This document shows positions 14,852 through 23,240 of a DNA stretch of 41,366 nucleotides, piece by piece. Made by a program: the position numbers and the translations under genes. Source of the DNA: a virus (lineage: Duplodnaviria; Caudoviricetes); IMG/VR virus record IMGVR_UViG_3300037484_000895, positions 1-41,366 of that record. One strand, written 5' to 3'. The first letter of the stretch is position 1, and every line of letters begins with the position of its first letter. The notes beneath the pieces are model-generated. The model searched no databases, had not been told where the DNA came from, and saw only the letters and a program-made list of their open reading frames with translations.

Positions 14852-16196
14852 GCAGGCGTGGGATATCGTGGAGCCCGCCACGCCGAGGCTCCACAACTGG
14901 CACATCGATCTGCTATGCGAGCACCTGGAAGCGGTGAGCCTCGGGCAGATCCGGAAACTGCTGATCAACATCCCGCCTCGCACCATGAAGTCGCTGATCG
15001 TCTCCGTTTTCTGGCCCGTGTGGGAATGGACTACCCGGCCCGCCACGCGCTGGATGTTCTCCTCGTTCTCCGTTGGAGTGTCGACGCGCGACAGCCTCAA
15101 ATGTCGGCGGATCATCGAGAGCCCATGGTACCGGGCCCGGTGGGGTCGCGAGTATCAACTCACCGGCGATCAGAACGTGAAGACCCGGTTCGAAAACAGC
15201 AAGACGGGATACCGCCTCGCGACCTCCGTCGGCGGATCGATCATCGGCGAAGGCGGCGACATCCTTGTGGTCGACGATCCGAACGACTTGGAAAAGATTC
15301 ACTCGGAGGCCGAGCGGGAAAGCGTGAACCGCTGGCTGGACGAGGTGTGGAGCACTCGGTTCAACGATCCGGCAACCGGCCGGAAGGTCGTGATCCAGCA
15401 GCGGGGCCACGAGCGGGACGCTACAGGGCACCTGCTCTCGCAAGGGCTGGGCTGGGAGCATATCTGCATCCCGATGGAGTTCGACGGGAAGCGACGGTCG
15501 ACCATCCTTGGACCCTATGACCCCCGGCAGGAAGTAGACGAACCTCTCTGGGTCGAACGATTTCCCCCCGCAGAGCTGGCGGAATCGAAAAAGACCTTGG
15601 GTAGCTTCGGTACCGCGGGGCAGCTGCAGCAGTCGCCCGCACCGGCCGGCGGCGGCATCTTCAAGCGCGAGCACTGGCGGTTCTACAAGGCCCGGCCGCA
15701 GAAGTTCGACGAGGTCGTGCTGTCGTGGGACATGACGTTCAAGAAAACCACCGATTCCGACTACGTCGCCGGCGGCGCCTGGGGGCGCCTCGGCGCGGAC
15801 AAGTACCTGATCGACCGGGTCAAAGAACGGATGGGGTTCGCCGATTCCGTCAAGGCCGTCCGCGCGATGAAGGCCCGGTGGCCGACGGCTGTCGCCGTTC
15901 TCGTGGAAGACAAGGCGAACGGGCCGGCCATCATCGAGACGCTCACGAAGGAGATCCCCGGGGTGATCGCGGTGAATCCCGAGGGCGGCAAGGAAGCCAG
16001 GGCGTACGCGATCCAGCCCGAGCACGAGGCCGGGAACCTGTACCTCCCGGATCCGTCGATCGCCTCGTGGGTCGAAGAGTATATCGGCGAGATGGCTTCT
16101 TTCCCGCGTGGGGCGAACGACGACGAGGTCGACCAGACCACGCAGGCCGTGAACTGGATGAGGAACCGGGGGACACCCGGATTCTTCTTCGCGTAA
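14745..16196 (+). CDS. terL: Terminase large subunit
   Basis: Walker A INIPPRTMKS, Walker B ILVVDDP, nuclease motifs SWD, EDKANG and NDDEVD. Confidence 0.96.
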   Translation: MISSESETFTEQEAPLPSWEAVDRVLAERSLREFIEQAWDIVEPATPRLHNWHIDLLCEHLEAVSLGQIRKLLINIPPRTMKSLIVSVFWPVWEWTTRPATRWMFSSFSVGVSTRDSLKCRRIIESPWYRARWGREYQLTGDQNVKTRFENSKTGYRLATSVGGSIIGEGGDILVVDDPNDLEKIHSEAERESVNRWLDEVWSTRFNDPATGRKVVIQQRGHERDATGHLLSQGLGWEHICIPMEFDGKRRSTILGPYDPRQEVDEPLWVERFPPAELAESKKTLGSFGTAGQLQQSPAPAGGGIFKREHWRFYKARPQKFDEVVLSWDMTFKKTTDSDYVAGGAWGRLGADKYLIDRVKERMGFADSVKAVRAMKARWPTAVAVLVEDKANGPAIIETLTKEIPGVIAVNPEGGKEARAYAIQPEHEAGNLYLPDPSIASWVEEYIGEMASFPRGANDDEVDQTTQAVNWMRNRGTPGFFFA

Positions 16197-16207
16197 ACGG
16201 AGGCGCC

Positions 16208-18430
16208 GTGCTGAACGAAATCATCGATCTTGTCGCCCGCCGGTGGGGATACAAGAACCCCGAAGAGGTGGGCCGGGCCATCGAGGAAGCCAAGGCCGCC
16301 GTCGCCGTCCCGGACAGCCTGATCTCCGCCGTGATGACGGCCATGAACACCGGCATCGCCCCGGAGAAGCAGTACTCGCAGCTGGTCGACGCCTACAAGT
16401 CGTGGGTCTACACGGCGATCGACAAGATCGCGAAGACCCTCGCGACCCGCAACATGCACCTGTTCGTCTACCGCCGCAAGACCGGCGAGAAGGTCCTCGA
16501 CCCGTGCGCCATCCTCGCGACGATGAAGCAGATCGACACTGCGGCCGAGCGGAAGTACGTCCTCAAAGACATGGGCTACGAGAAGCAGGAGATCTACGAG
16601 CACCCGTGGCTCTCCCTGCTGCACCGCCCCAACGGGGTCATGTCGCGGATGGTGTTGTGGTACGAAACCGTGACGCGCATGGAGTTGGGCGGCCTGTGCG
16701 CGTGGTATATGCCGTCCAACGGCCTGGGGCTTCCGGGCGAGATCTGGCCGCTGCCGCTGACCAAGTCCGCGGAGATCAAGCCGCTGGTCAGCGCGAAGAT
16801 GATGATCGAGGCGTGGATCTACACGGACGGCGCCGTGCGCAACCGGTTCGCCCCCCAGGACGTTTTACCGCTTAAGTACCCGAATCCCGCCTCCCCCTTC
16901 CAGGGCTTCTCCCCGCTGATGGCGCAGACCTACCCGTACGACATCGACCTGTTCCTGATGCAGCAGCAGCGGGCCCTGTTCCAGAACAAGGGCATCCCGG
17001 GGATCCACCTCCACACCACACAGCCGCTCACGAAGGATCAGGCGAAGGAGCTTCGGGACCAGGTCCGGGAGCAGTTCGGGGAGGCCGCCCAGTCGGGGCG
17101 CCCGCTGATCACGCATTCCGGGCTGGCGGCGGAGAAGACCGGCTGGTCGAACCGGGACTCCCTGATGACCGACGTCGCCAAGTGGGCCCGGGAGAAGCTG
17201 ATCACGTCCTACGATCTCTCGGAGGCGAAACTCGGCCTCGAGGTACCGAGCAACCGGGCGAACATGGAGGTCCTGGACGAGACGTTCGAGAAGGAGTGCA
17301 TTCTTCCCAAATGCATGCTGATCGAGGAACAGATCAACACGTTCCAACTGCCACGGTACGACCGCGGGCTGGCGTGCGAGTTCGACCGCAAGGATATCGG
17401 CGATCGGGAGTTCGCGCTCCTCGAGACGGAGATGGAGTTAAAGACCTACGTCTCCACGATCAACGACGTGCTGAAGCGCAAGGGCCGCCCGGAAGTGCCG
17501 TGGGGCAACAAGCCGTGGTTCTCGTTCGGCGTGACGCAGGATCCGGAGGCGTTGAGCGAACCCGCTCCGCCCCCTCCTCCGCCTCCGAAAGAGGATGAAG
17601 AGATCGAGGAGAAGGCGTCGGCGGCGACCCGCACGCGACGCTGGCGGCGTTTCGTCTCCCGGCAGGCCCCCTGGGAGCGGATGGTCACCTCGCAGATGAA
17701 GGGATACTTCCGGAACCTTGGCTCGGAGGTGATCGGGCGGCTGAACAAGCTGGGGCCCCGGGTCGAGGCGCAGTACGCCGGCTGGTCCCGCAAGGCCGTC
17801 CAGGAGCACATCGCGAAGAAGGGCGTCGGCGACGACATCAACATCGACAAGAAAGCGGAGATCGCCCGGCTGCGGCTGCTCGTCAAGCCGCCCGTCACCG
17901 CACTTGTCGAGCAGGGCGGCAAGCGCATCCTGCGCGAGCTCGGGATCGATATCGCGTTCGACGTGAACGATCCGGCGGTCGCGAAGTGGCTCGGCTCCCG
18001 GATGAGCATGTTCTCCGAGGAGGTCGCCGGCACCACGTTCGACGACATCCGGGCGGTGCTGCGGCAGGGATTCTCCGACGGCAAGCCGCTCTCCGTCATC
18101 GCGGACACGCTTCGGGAGACGTTCGACTCCTACGACAAGTATCGGGCCCCCCTGATCGCCCGCACGGAGACGATTGCGGCGTCGAATAAGGCGGACCTGC
18201 TGGCGATCCGTCAGGCGGGCATCGAGGAGAAGGTCGTGAAAACCTGGCTCACCGCCGGAGACGAGCACGTGCGGCCGTCCCACGTCCAGGCCGGCCAGCA
18301 ATACGCGGGCGGGATCCCGATCGATGATATGTTCCACGTCGGCGACGACGAGATGGACGCCCCGGGGAACGGGTCAGATCCGGCCGAGACGATCAACTGC
18401 AGATGTGCGCTCGGGTACGAGAAGTCGTAG
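16208..18430 (+). CDS. Portal protein fused to a MuF/SPP1-gp7 head morphogenesis domain
   Basis: GTG 16208 with GGAGG SD; HK97-type portal motifs (HPWLSLLHRPN, GFSP) followed by a poly-Pro/acidic linker and MuF motifs IARTET, KTWL...DEHVRPSH, INCRC. Confidence 0.9.
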   Translation: MLNEIIDLVARRWGYKNPEEVGRAIEEAKAAVAVPDSLISAVMTAMNTGIAPEKQYSQLVDAYKSWVYTAIDKIAKTLATRNMHLFVYRRKTGEKVLDPCAILATMKQIDTAAERKYVLKDMGYEKQEIYEHPWLSLLHRPNGVMSRMVLWYETVTRMELGGLCAWYMPSNGLGLPGEIWPLPLTKSAEIKPLVSAKMMIEAWIYTDGAVRNRFAPQDVLPLKYPNPASPFQGFSPLMAQTYPYDIDLFLMQQQRALFQNKGIPGIHLHTTQPLTKDQAKELRDQVREQFGEAAQSGRPLITHSGLAAEKTGWSNRDSLMTDVAKWAREKLITSYDLSEAKLGLEVPSNRANMEVLDETFEKECILPKCMLIEEQINTFQLPRYDRGLACEFDRKDIGDREFALLETEMELKTYVSTINDVLKRKGRPEVPWGNKPWFSFGVTQDPEALSEPAPPPPPPPKEDEEIEEKASAATRTRRWRRFVSRQAPWERMVTSQMKGYFRNLGSEVIGRLNKLGPRVEAQYAGWSRKAVQEHIAKKGVGDDINIDKKAEIARLRLLVKPPVTALVEQGGKRILRELGIDIAFDVNDPAVAKWLGSRMSMFSEEVAGTTFDDIRAVLRQGFSDGKPLSVIADTLRETFDSYDKYRAPLIARTETIAASNKADLLAIRQAGIEEKVVKTWLTAGDEHVRPSHVQAGQQYAGGIPIDDMFHVGDDEMDAPGNGSDPAETINCRCALGYEKS

Positions 18431-18445
18431 ATCACCCGTTCCACC

Positions 18446-18461
18446 TGTTCCACGTGAAACC
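18446..18461. promoter_or_regulatory. parS-like ParB binding site TGTTCCACGTGAAACC
   Basis: 15/16 match to the canonical TGTTNCACGTGAAACA; intergenic; preceded by a partial half-site CGTTCCAC. Confidence 0.75.
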
Positions 18462-18465
18462 TTAC

Positions 18466-18493
18466 GACCCCGCTTCGGCGGGGTTTTTCGTTT
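18466..18493 (+). terminator. Intrinsic terminator-like hairpin
   Basis: GACCCCGC-TTCG-GCGGGGTT followed by TTTCGTTT; cUUCGg loop. Confidence 0.8.
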
Positions 18494-18522
18494 CTGCAAC
18501 CCTTCCGAAAAGGAGCCCGGAC

Positions 18523-19680
18523 ATGAAGATCGAGCACAAGATTTTCGAAGCCGAGGTCAAGGCGTTCGACGACGAGAACCTGATCGTCGAGAACTTCATC
18601 TCCACGGAGCACAAGGACCGCGGCGGCGACATCATGCGGGCCAAGGGGATGAAGATCGTCGGGAAGCCGGTCGTTCTGCTGTTGCACGGCCGCGGGCCGA
18701 TGGGATCGGAGCCGGTCGGAAAGCCGCTGTCGATCACCATCGACGAGTTCAAGGGGCAGCCGGGGATCCTGGCGAGGACGCAGTTCTTCAACGACGAAAC
18801 CGGCCAGCGGCTCTACCAGAAGATCAAGGGCGGGTTCATCCCGAACTGGTCGATCGGATACTCGGTCGACGAGGCGAAGGACCTCCTGCGGGAGGGGAGA
18901 TACGACGGGCGCGACGTCACGAAGTGGCAGCTGCTCGAGTACTCGCCCGTTGGCGTCCCGATGAACCCATTCGCGCAGACGGTCAAGGAGTTCCTCGACA
19001 AGAACGAGGATCCCAAAGGACCGTTCGAGGTTCCCGAGTCGCACTGGTTCGGCGTGGTCGAGGAGAATGAGAGCGACGGGTTCCAGAAGTGCTCGACCTG
19101 CGAGTCGTTCCTCGTGACCTTCACGAAGGAAGGTGAAGGGGAGGTCGGCTCCGCCTGCGAGAAGTGCGAGCCGGAGAAGTTCGCCGAACTGACGAAGGCC
19201 ATCGCGCCTCCGTTTCCGAAGTGCGCAGCCTGTGGAGATACCAAGGTCGTCAAGGGCGAACTGGACGGGAAGCCATTCGAGGAGCCTTGCCCAAAGTGCT
19301 ACGCCGCGCCGCCCGCCGAGGAAGGCGGCTTCATGATGCAGATCCAGGCATTGAGGGGGCTGGTCGACAGCATGAGGGAATTTCTCAAGGACTACCCCGA
19401 TAGATTGGAAGCGTTGAACAAGAGAGTCGAGCAACTGGAACCGCTCCTGAAAACCCTCCCGCCCGAACCGGATGGCGGGGACAAGGGGAAAGAGGGCGAA
19501 GACAATCCTCCGGAGCCGGAAACGCCGCCGCGCCTGATCTTCAAGGGCACGGCGCAGGAGAAGGAAGAGGTTGCGCGCCTCGAAAAGGAGCAGCGGGAAT
19601 CCGTCATCGCCGCCATCGCGGCAGCGATGAAGCCCGCCTTCAACGCGCAGGTCGACAAGCTGATGGGTCGCGTGAACTGA
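18523..19680 (+). CDS. HK97-family prohead protease with a Cys-rich, scaffold-like C-terminal extension
   Basis: DRGGD, VLLLH, WSIGY and LLEYSPVGVPMNP motifs; AAGGAG SD; four CxxC motifs and coiled coils C-terminally. Confidence 0.9.
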   Translation: MKIEHKIFEAEVKAFDDENLIVENFISTEHKDRGGDIMRAKGMKIVGKPVVLLLHGRGPMGSEPVGKPLSITIDEFKGQPGILARTQFFNDETGQRLYQKIKGGFIPNWSIGYSVDEAKDLLREGRYDGRDVTKWQLLEYSPVGVPMNPFAQTVKEFLDKNEDPKGPFEVPESHWFGVVEENESDGFQKCSTCESFLVTFTKEGEGEVGSACEKCEPEKFAELTKAIAPPFPKCAACGDTKVVKGELDGKPFEEPCPKCYAAPPAEEGGFMMQIQALRGLVDSMREFLKDYPDRLEALNKRVEQLEPLLKTLPPEPDGGDKGKEGEDNPPEPETPPRLIFKGTAQEKEEVARLEKEQRESVIAAIAAAMKPAFNAQVDKLMGRVN

Positions 19681-19720
19681 ACCGCTGAACTAAACCACTA
19701 CACCAGCCGGAGAAACGAAT

Positions 19721-19750
19721 GAGGCCCCTGATCGGGGTCTTTTTCATTTT
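19721..19750 (+). terminator. Intrinsic terminator-like hairpin before the capsid gene
   Basis: GGCCCC-TGATC-GGGGTC followed by TTTTTCATTTT. Confidence 0.7.
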
Positions 19751-19771
19751 CGGCAGAAGGAGATCAAGACC

Positions 19772-21070
19772 ATGGCAGGCGAGCAGATCGTCACGTTGGA
19801 CATGAAGGACCTCCCGGGGATCCTCGCGGAGGCGGTCAAGGGGATGGAGTTCCCGCAGATCCTCGCGCTCAAGGAGGACATGAAGCGGGTGGAGCGGGCG
19901 GCGCTGTTTCCGGCCGGGGACGGGACGCTCCTCGAAACCTGCGGCAAGTCGATCATCGACACCCGCGCGTTCCACCGCAAGGAGCGCCACGAGGGCGGGC
20001 CGATGGACGCCATCGCGCTGGTCCGCGGGCTCGGCGCTTCCCGCACCGGCCCCTGGCTCTCCCTGTCGCCCCTGATGGAGAAGTTCGCCAGGATCGTCGC
20101 GGTCCGAGGCGACTCCAACAAGGCGCACGCTCTGGGCATCGACATCCGGGAGTACAACCGCGAAGTCGCCGAGGCGAACCAGAAGGCGACCGGCCCTCTG
20201 ACCACGACCGACGCCGGCGTGCTGGTGCCGGTCGAGTACCTGGCCACCGTGATCGAGTTCGCCACCGCGCAGTCGCAGATCCTGCCGAAGCTGTGGCGGA
20301 TCCCGATGGGCTCCCTGTCCCTGAAGATCCCGCGCCTGGTGCAGGCCGCCGGCTCGTACTTCGGCGGGATCCACCTGTACCACCCCGAGGAGGCCGGCGA
20401 GAAGTTCAAGACCAAGCCGAACTTCGACTCCGTCACCCTGACGGCGAAGAAGCTGATCGGCCTGATCGCGATGACCGACGAGCTGATCGCGGATTCCTCG
20501 ATCAACATCATGAACTACATCACCTCCCTGTTCGTCCGCGCTTTCCAGTGGCAGACCGAGCACGAAGTCATCCAGGGCCCGGGCACCGGGAACCAGATGC
20601 TCGGGATCATCGCCGAACCGAACATCAACGTGGTCGCCAGGACCACGGCGGGGACGGTGAAGTACGACGACCTGGTCAACCTGGAGTCCTCGCTCGACGA
20701 GAACTTCGCAGACCTGACCTTCATCTCCCGGCGCGCGACGGTCAACACGTTCCGGAAGCAGAAGGACACCGTCGGGCAGCCCGTGTACCACGACGGGTTC
20801 GACACGATGTTCGGCGGCGCGATCCCTCCGCGGCTGCTCGGGTACCCGCTCGTCAAGACCCGCAACGCGAAGGCGATGGGAGCGCACGGCGACATCACCC
20901 TGGGCGACCTCTCGTTCTACCTGTGGGGCGTTCGCCAGGACATGACGATCGACACGTCGAGGGACCGGTTCTTCGAGCTCGACGAGACCGCGCTGCGGTT
21001 CGTCGTGCGCCAGGACGGCGCCCCCGGCGTGCCGGACGCCTTCTCGATCCTCGACACCGCGACGAGCTGA
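19772..21070 (+). CDS. Major capsid protein, HK97 fold
   Basis: AGVLVP, EAGEK, TLTAKKL...ELIADS, GxGTGNQMLGI, KDTVGQP, LLGYP, LGDLS, R.DG motifs; N-terminal delta-like domain. Confidence 0.96.
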   Translation: MAGEQIVTLDMKDLPGILAEAVKGMEFPQILALKEDMKRVERAALFPAGDGTLLETCGKSIIDTRAFHRKERHEGGPMDAIALVRGLGASRTGPWLSLSPLMEKFARIVAVRGDSNKAHALGIDIREYNREVAEANQKATGPLTTTDAGVLVPVEYLATVIEFATAQSQILPKLWRIPMGSLSLKIPRLVQAAGSYFGGIHLYHPEEAGEKFKTKPNFDSVTLTAKKLIGLIAMTDELIADSSINIMNYITSLFVRAFQWQTEHEVIQGPGTGNQMLGIIAEPNINVVARTTAGTVKYDDLVNLESSLDENFADLTFISRRATVNTFRKQKDTVGQPVYHDGFDTMFGGAIPPRLLGYPLVKTRNAKAMGAHGDITLGDLSFYLWGVRQDMTIDTSRDRFFELDETALRFVVRQDGAPGVPDAFSILDTATS

Positions 21071-21125
21071 TCGCGGCCTGAATAGATAGCGCCGGGGGTT
21101 TTCCTCCTTTCCCTTCGGCGTGTGC

Positions 21126-21166
21126 GGCGCCCCCGGGCTCTTGGCCGGGCCTGGGGGTGCCTTTTC
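21126..21166 (+). terminator. Terminator-like hairpin after the capsid gene
   Basis: 15-bp stem 21126-21140/21147-21161 followed by TTTT. Confidence 0.65.
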
Positions 21167-21188
21167 CATTCGAACAAGCGGAGGTCCC

Positions 21189-21446
21189 ATGCAGGACGAA
21201 GTCGTGATGGTGAAGGTCAAGATCCTCTCCCCCATGATGCGGCAGCGCAACGGGGAGACCATGCACCTTGAGCTGGAGAAGGCCAGAGCGGGAGAGCGGA
21301 AAGGGCTGTGGAAGATCATGGCGGGCGAGACGGGGGCGTCCTATGCGACCAGGGAGATACTTCCGGGCGGCGGCGGGGATTACCTGACCAAGGACCGGTT
21401 CACGCTGTCGAAGGACGACGTATTCGGCAAGAAGGACATGCCGTGA
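21189..21446 (+). CDS. Small post-capsid protein (paralogue 1)
   Basis: GGAGG SD; shares G.TM....KA..G.R.G.WKI..G...GDYL with the next gene. Confidence 0.7.
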   Translation: MQDEVVMVKVKILSPMMRQRNGETMHLELEKARAGERKGLWKIMAGETGASYATREILPGGGGDYLTKDRFTLSKDDVFGKKDMP

Positions 21447-21661
21447 TCCACCGCCGCGTGATTGTCGAAAACATCGATGCCGCGCTCATCAGTTCCTACG
21501 GGAGAACGATGCGCGTGCCGGTGGACAAGGCGATGCTCGGGGCGCGGCGGGGGAAGTGGAAGATCCTCGACGGGCAACTGGAGGCCGCCCCCGACGGGTG
21601 CGGGTCCCGCGCCGGGGATTACCTGAAGCGGAGCGGATTCGTCCATGGGGTGCCGGCATGA
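21443..21661 (+). CDS. Small post-capsid protein (paralogue 2)
   Basis: GTGA-coupled; GRTMRVPVDKAMLGARRGKWKILDG...AGDYL. Confidence 0.7.
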   Translation: MIHRRVIVENIDAALISSYGRTMRVPVDKAMLGARRGKWKILDGQLEAAPDGCGSRAGDYLKRSGFVHGVPA

Positions 21662-22500
21662 GGGTGGCCTGGATTCAAGATAACTCCCGGCCCTGGGGCG
21701 GCGCGGAAGTATCGAACCGGTGCGTCGTCTCCGTGGGGGAGAGCCTCGGGTTCGATATCGTAGGGATCACGCCGGAGAACTTCCACCCGAAGGTGCTTTC
21801 CGACTGCGACGTGGTGATAATCAACAACTTCTTCCAGTTCGCCGCGGCGCAGGAGCAGTTGATCCTGAAGACGATCCGGGACGGGAAGCCGTACGTCAAG
21901 TACGAGCACGACTCCCGGGAGCTCGGGCGGCCGAAGGTCTCGGAGCGGATGTTCGGTGATTCGGCCTTAAACGTCTTCCTCTCGCCGGCGCACCTGCAGA
22001 ACCATCGCTGCCACCTGGGCTGCGACGGGATCGCGCTGCCGCTGGCGATCAATACGGAGATGTTCAAGCCGGTCCCCGGGGTGGAGCGCCGGGAGAACCG
22101 CGCACTGTTCGTCGGCGGATGGATCAAGGGCGGCAAGATCGCAGAATCCGTGCACCGGTACGTCGCGGAGCGTCCCGAGCTCGAGTACGTCTCCGTCGGC
22201 CACAGGATCAACGATCGGGTGAAAGTCATCCCCATGCAGGACCTGTCGAAGATGCCGGAGCTCTACAGCTCCGTGGGGTGCCTGGTCCACCTGCCGGACA
22301 TGATCTGCGCCGGAGAGCGGGTCGTATTCGAAGCGGCTCTGTGCGGGGTGCAGAAGATCGTGATGAACAACAACGTCGGCCACAAGTCGTGGAACCGGGA
22401 CCTGTCGGACACCGATGGTCTGCGCGCCTGGTTGAAGAAGGCCCCGTACGATTTCTGGAAAGCCGTGGAGACATCCGTCCGCAAGGAGAAGGTGGCATGA
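21658..22500 (+). CDS. Glycosyltransferase, GT-B fold (GT4-like)
   Basis: MRVAWI...GGAE, YEHD, F.S, LFVG, ELYSS...RVVFEAALCG. Confidence 0.85.
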   Translation: MRVAWIQDNSRPWGGAEVSNRCVVSVGESLGFDIVGITPENFHPKVLSDCDVVIINNFFQFAAAQEQLILKTIRDGKPYVKYEHDSRELGRPKVSERMFGDSALNVFLSPAHLQNHRCHLGCDGIALPLAINTEMFKPVPGVERRENRALFVGGWIKGGKIAESVHRYVAERPELEYVSVGHRINDRVKVIPMQDLSKMPELYSSVGCLVHLPDMICAGERVVFEAALCGVQKIVMNNNVGHKSWNRDLSDTDGLRAWLKKAPYDFWKAVETSVRKEKVA

Positions 22501-23240
22501 AGGGACGAATCGGACCGGCGGTGGCGGCGAACCCGATCCCGGAGCATACCCGCGCCCCGGACCACCGCAAGGACGATCCCCACACCGGCCTGATGTACGA
22601 GACGCTGGTCGACCTGGCGTCCCGCCCCGAGGTCCGGACCGTGATCGAGATCGGCTCCACGGACGGCCGCGGCTCCACGATGGCGCTCCGCGAGGGTCTG
22701 GAGAAGAACCCCAACTTCCCCGACGTGCGACTGTTCTGCATCGAACCTGTCAAGCAGATGTACGACGTGCTGGCGCGGACGCGGGCGTCGTACATGAAGT
22801 GCTACCGGGTCTGCTCCTCTCCGCGCAACGAGCATTACACCGATGCCGAGATCGAACGGTTCTTCAAGGAGGACTGGCCGAAGAATCCGTTCCAGAGTCC
22901 CGCGCAGCGCCAGGAGCCGGGCTGGCACATCCGGGAACGGGATCGGTACAACGCTTACTTCATCCAGCAAGGTCTCAAGCAGGACGGTGTGGAGTTCATC
23001 AAGGACCGGAATCGAATCGAGGCCTTCGACATGGCGCTGGTCGATGGCGGTACGTACTCCGGGCGGGCGGACACGATCAGGGTCTACGGAGCGCGATATA
23101 TCGTGCTCGACGACATCCACACCCTAAAATGCGTGTGGGCGTTCGAGAAGCTGGAAAAAGATTTGCGGTACGAGCTCATCATGCACCACCCCTGCACGAA
23201 GTCGCACTTCGGGTACGCGGCGTTCCGCAGGATCGCATGA
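22497..23240 (+). CDS. Class I SAM-dependent methyltransferase (probable sugar O-methyltransferase)
   Basis: VIEIGSTDGRGST, LFCIE, FDMALVDGG, IVLDD. Confidence 0.85.
   Translation: MKGRIGPAVAANPIPEHTRAPDHRKDDPHTGLMYETLVDLASRPEVRTVIEIGSTDGRGSTMALREGLEKNPNFPDVRLFCIEPVKQMYDVLARTRASYMKCYRVCSSPRNEHYTDAEIERFFKEDWPKNPFQSPAQRQEPGWHIRERDRYNAYFIQQGLKQDGVEFIKDRNRIEAFDMALVDGGTYSGRADTIRVYGARYIVLDDIHTLKCVWAFEKLEKDLRYELIMHHPCTKSHFGYAAFRRIA

Noticed and set aside
15725-16207. N-terminal extension of the 901-aa portal ORF in the track
   Set aside because: Overlaps terL out of frame and is Arg-rich nonsense; the real start is GTG 16208 with an SD
18330-18340. Second parS half-match TGTTCCACGTC
   Set aside because: Lies within coding sequence and the right half does not match
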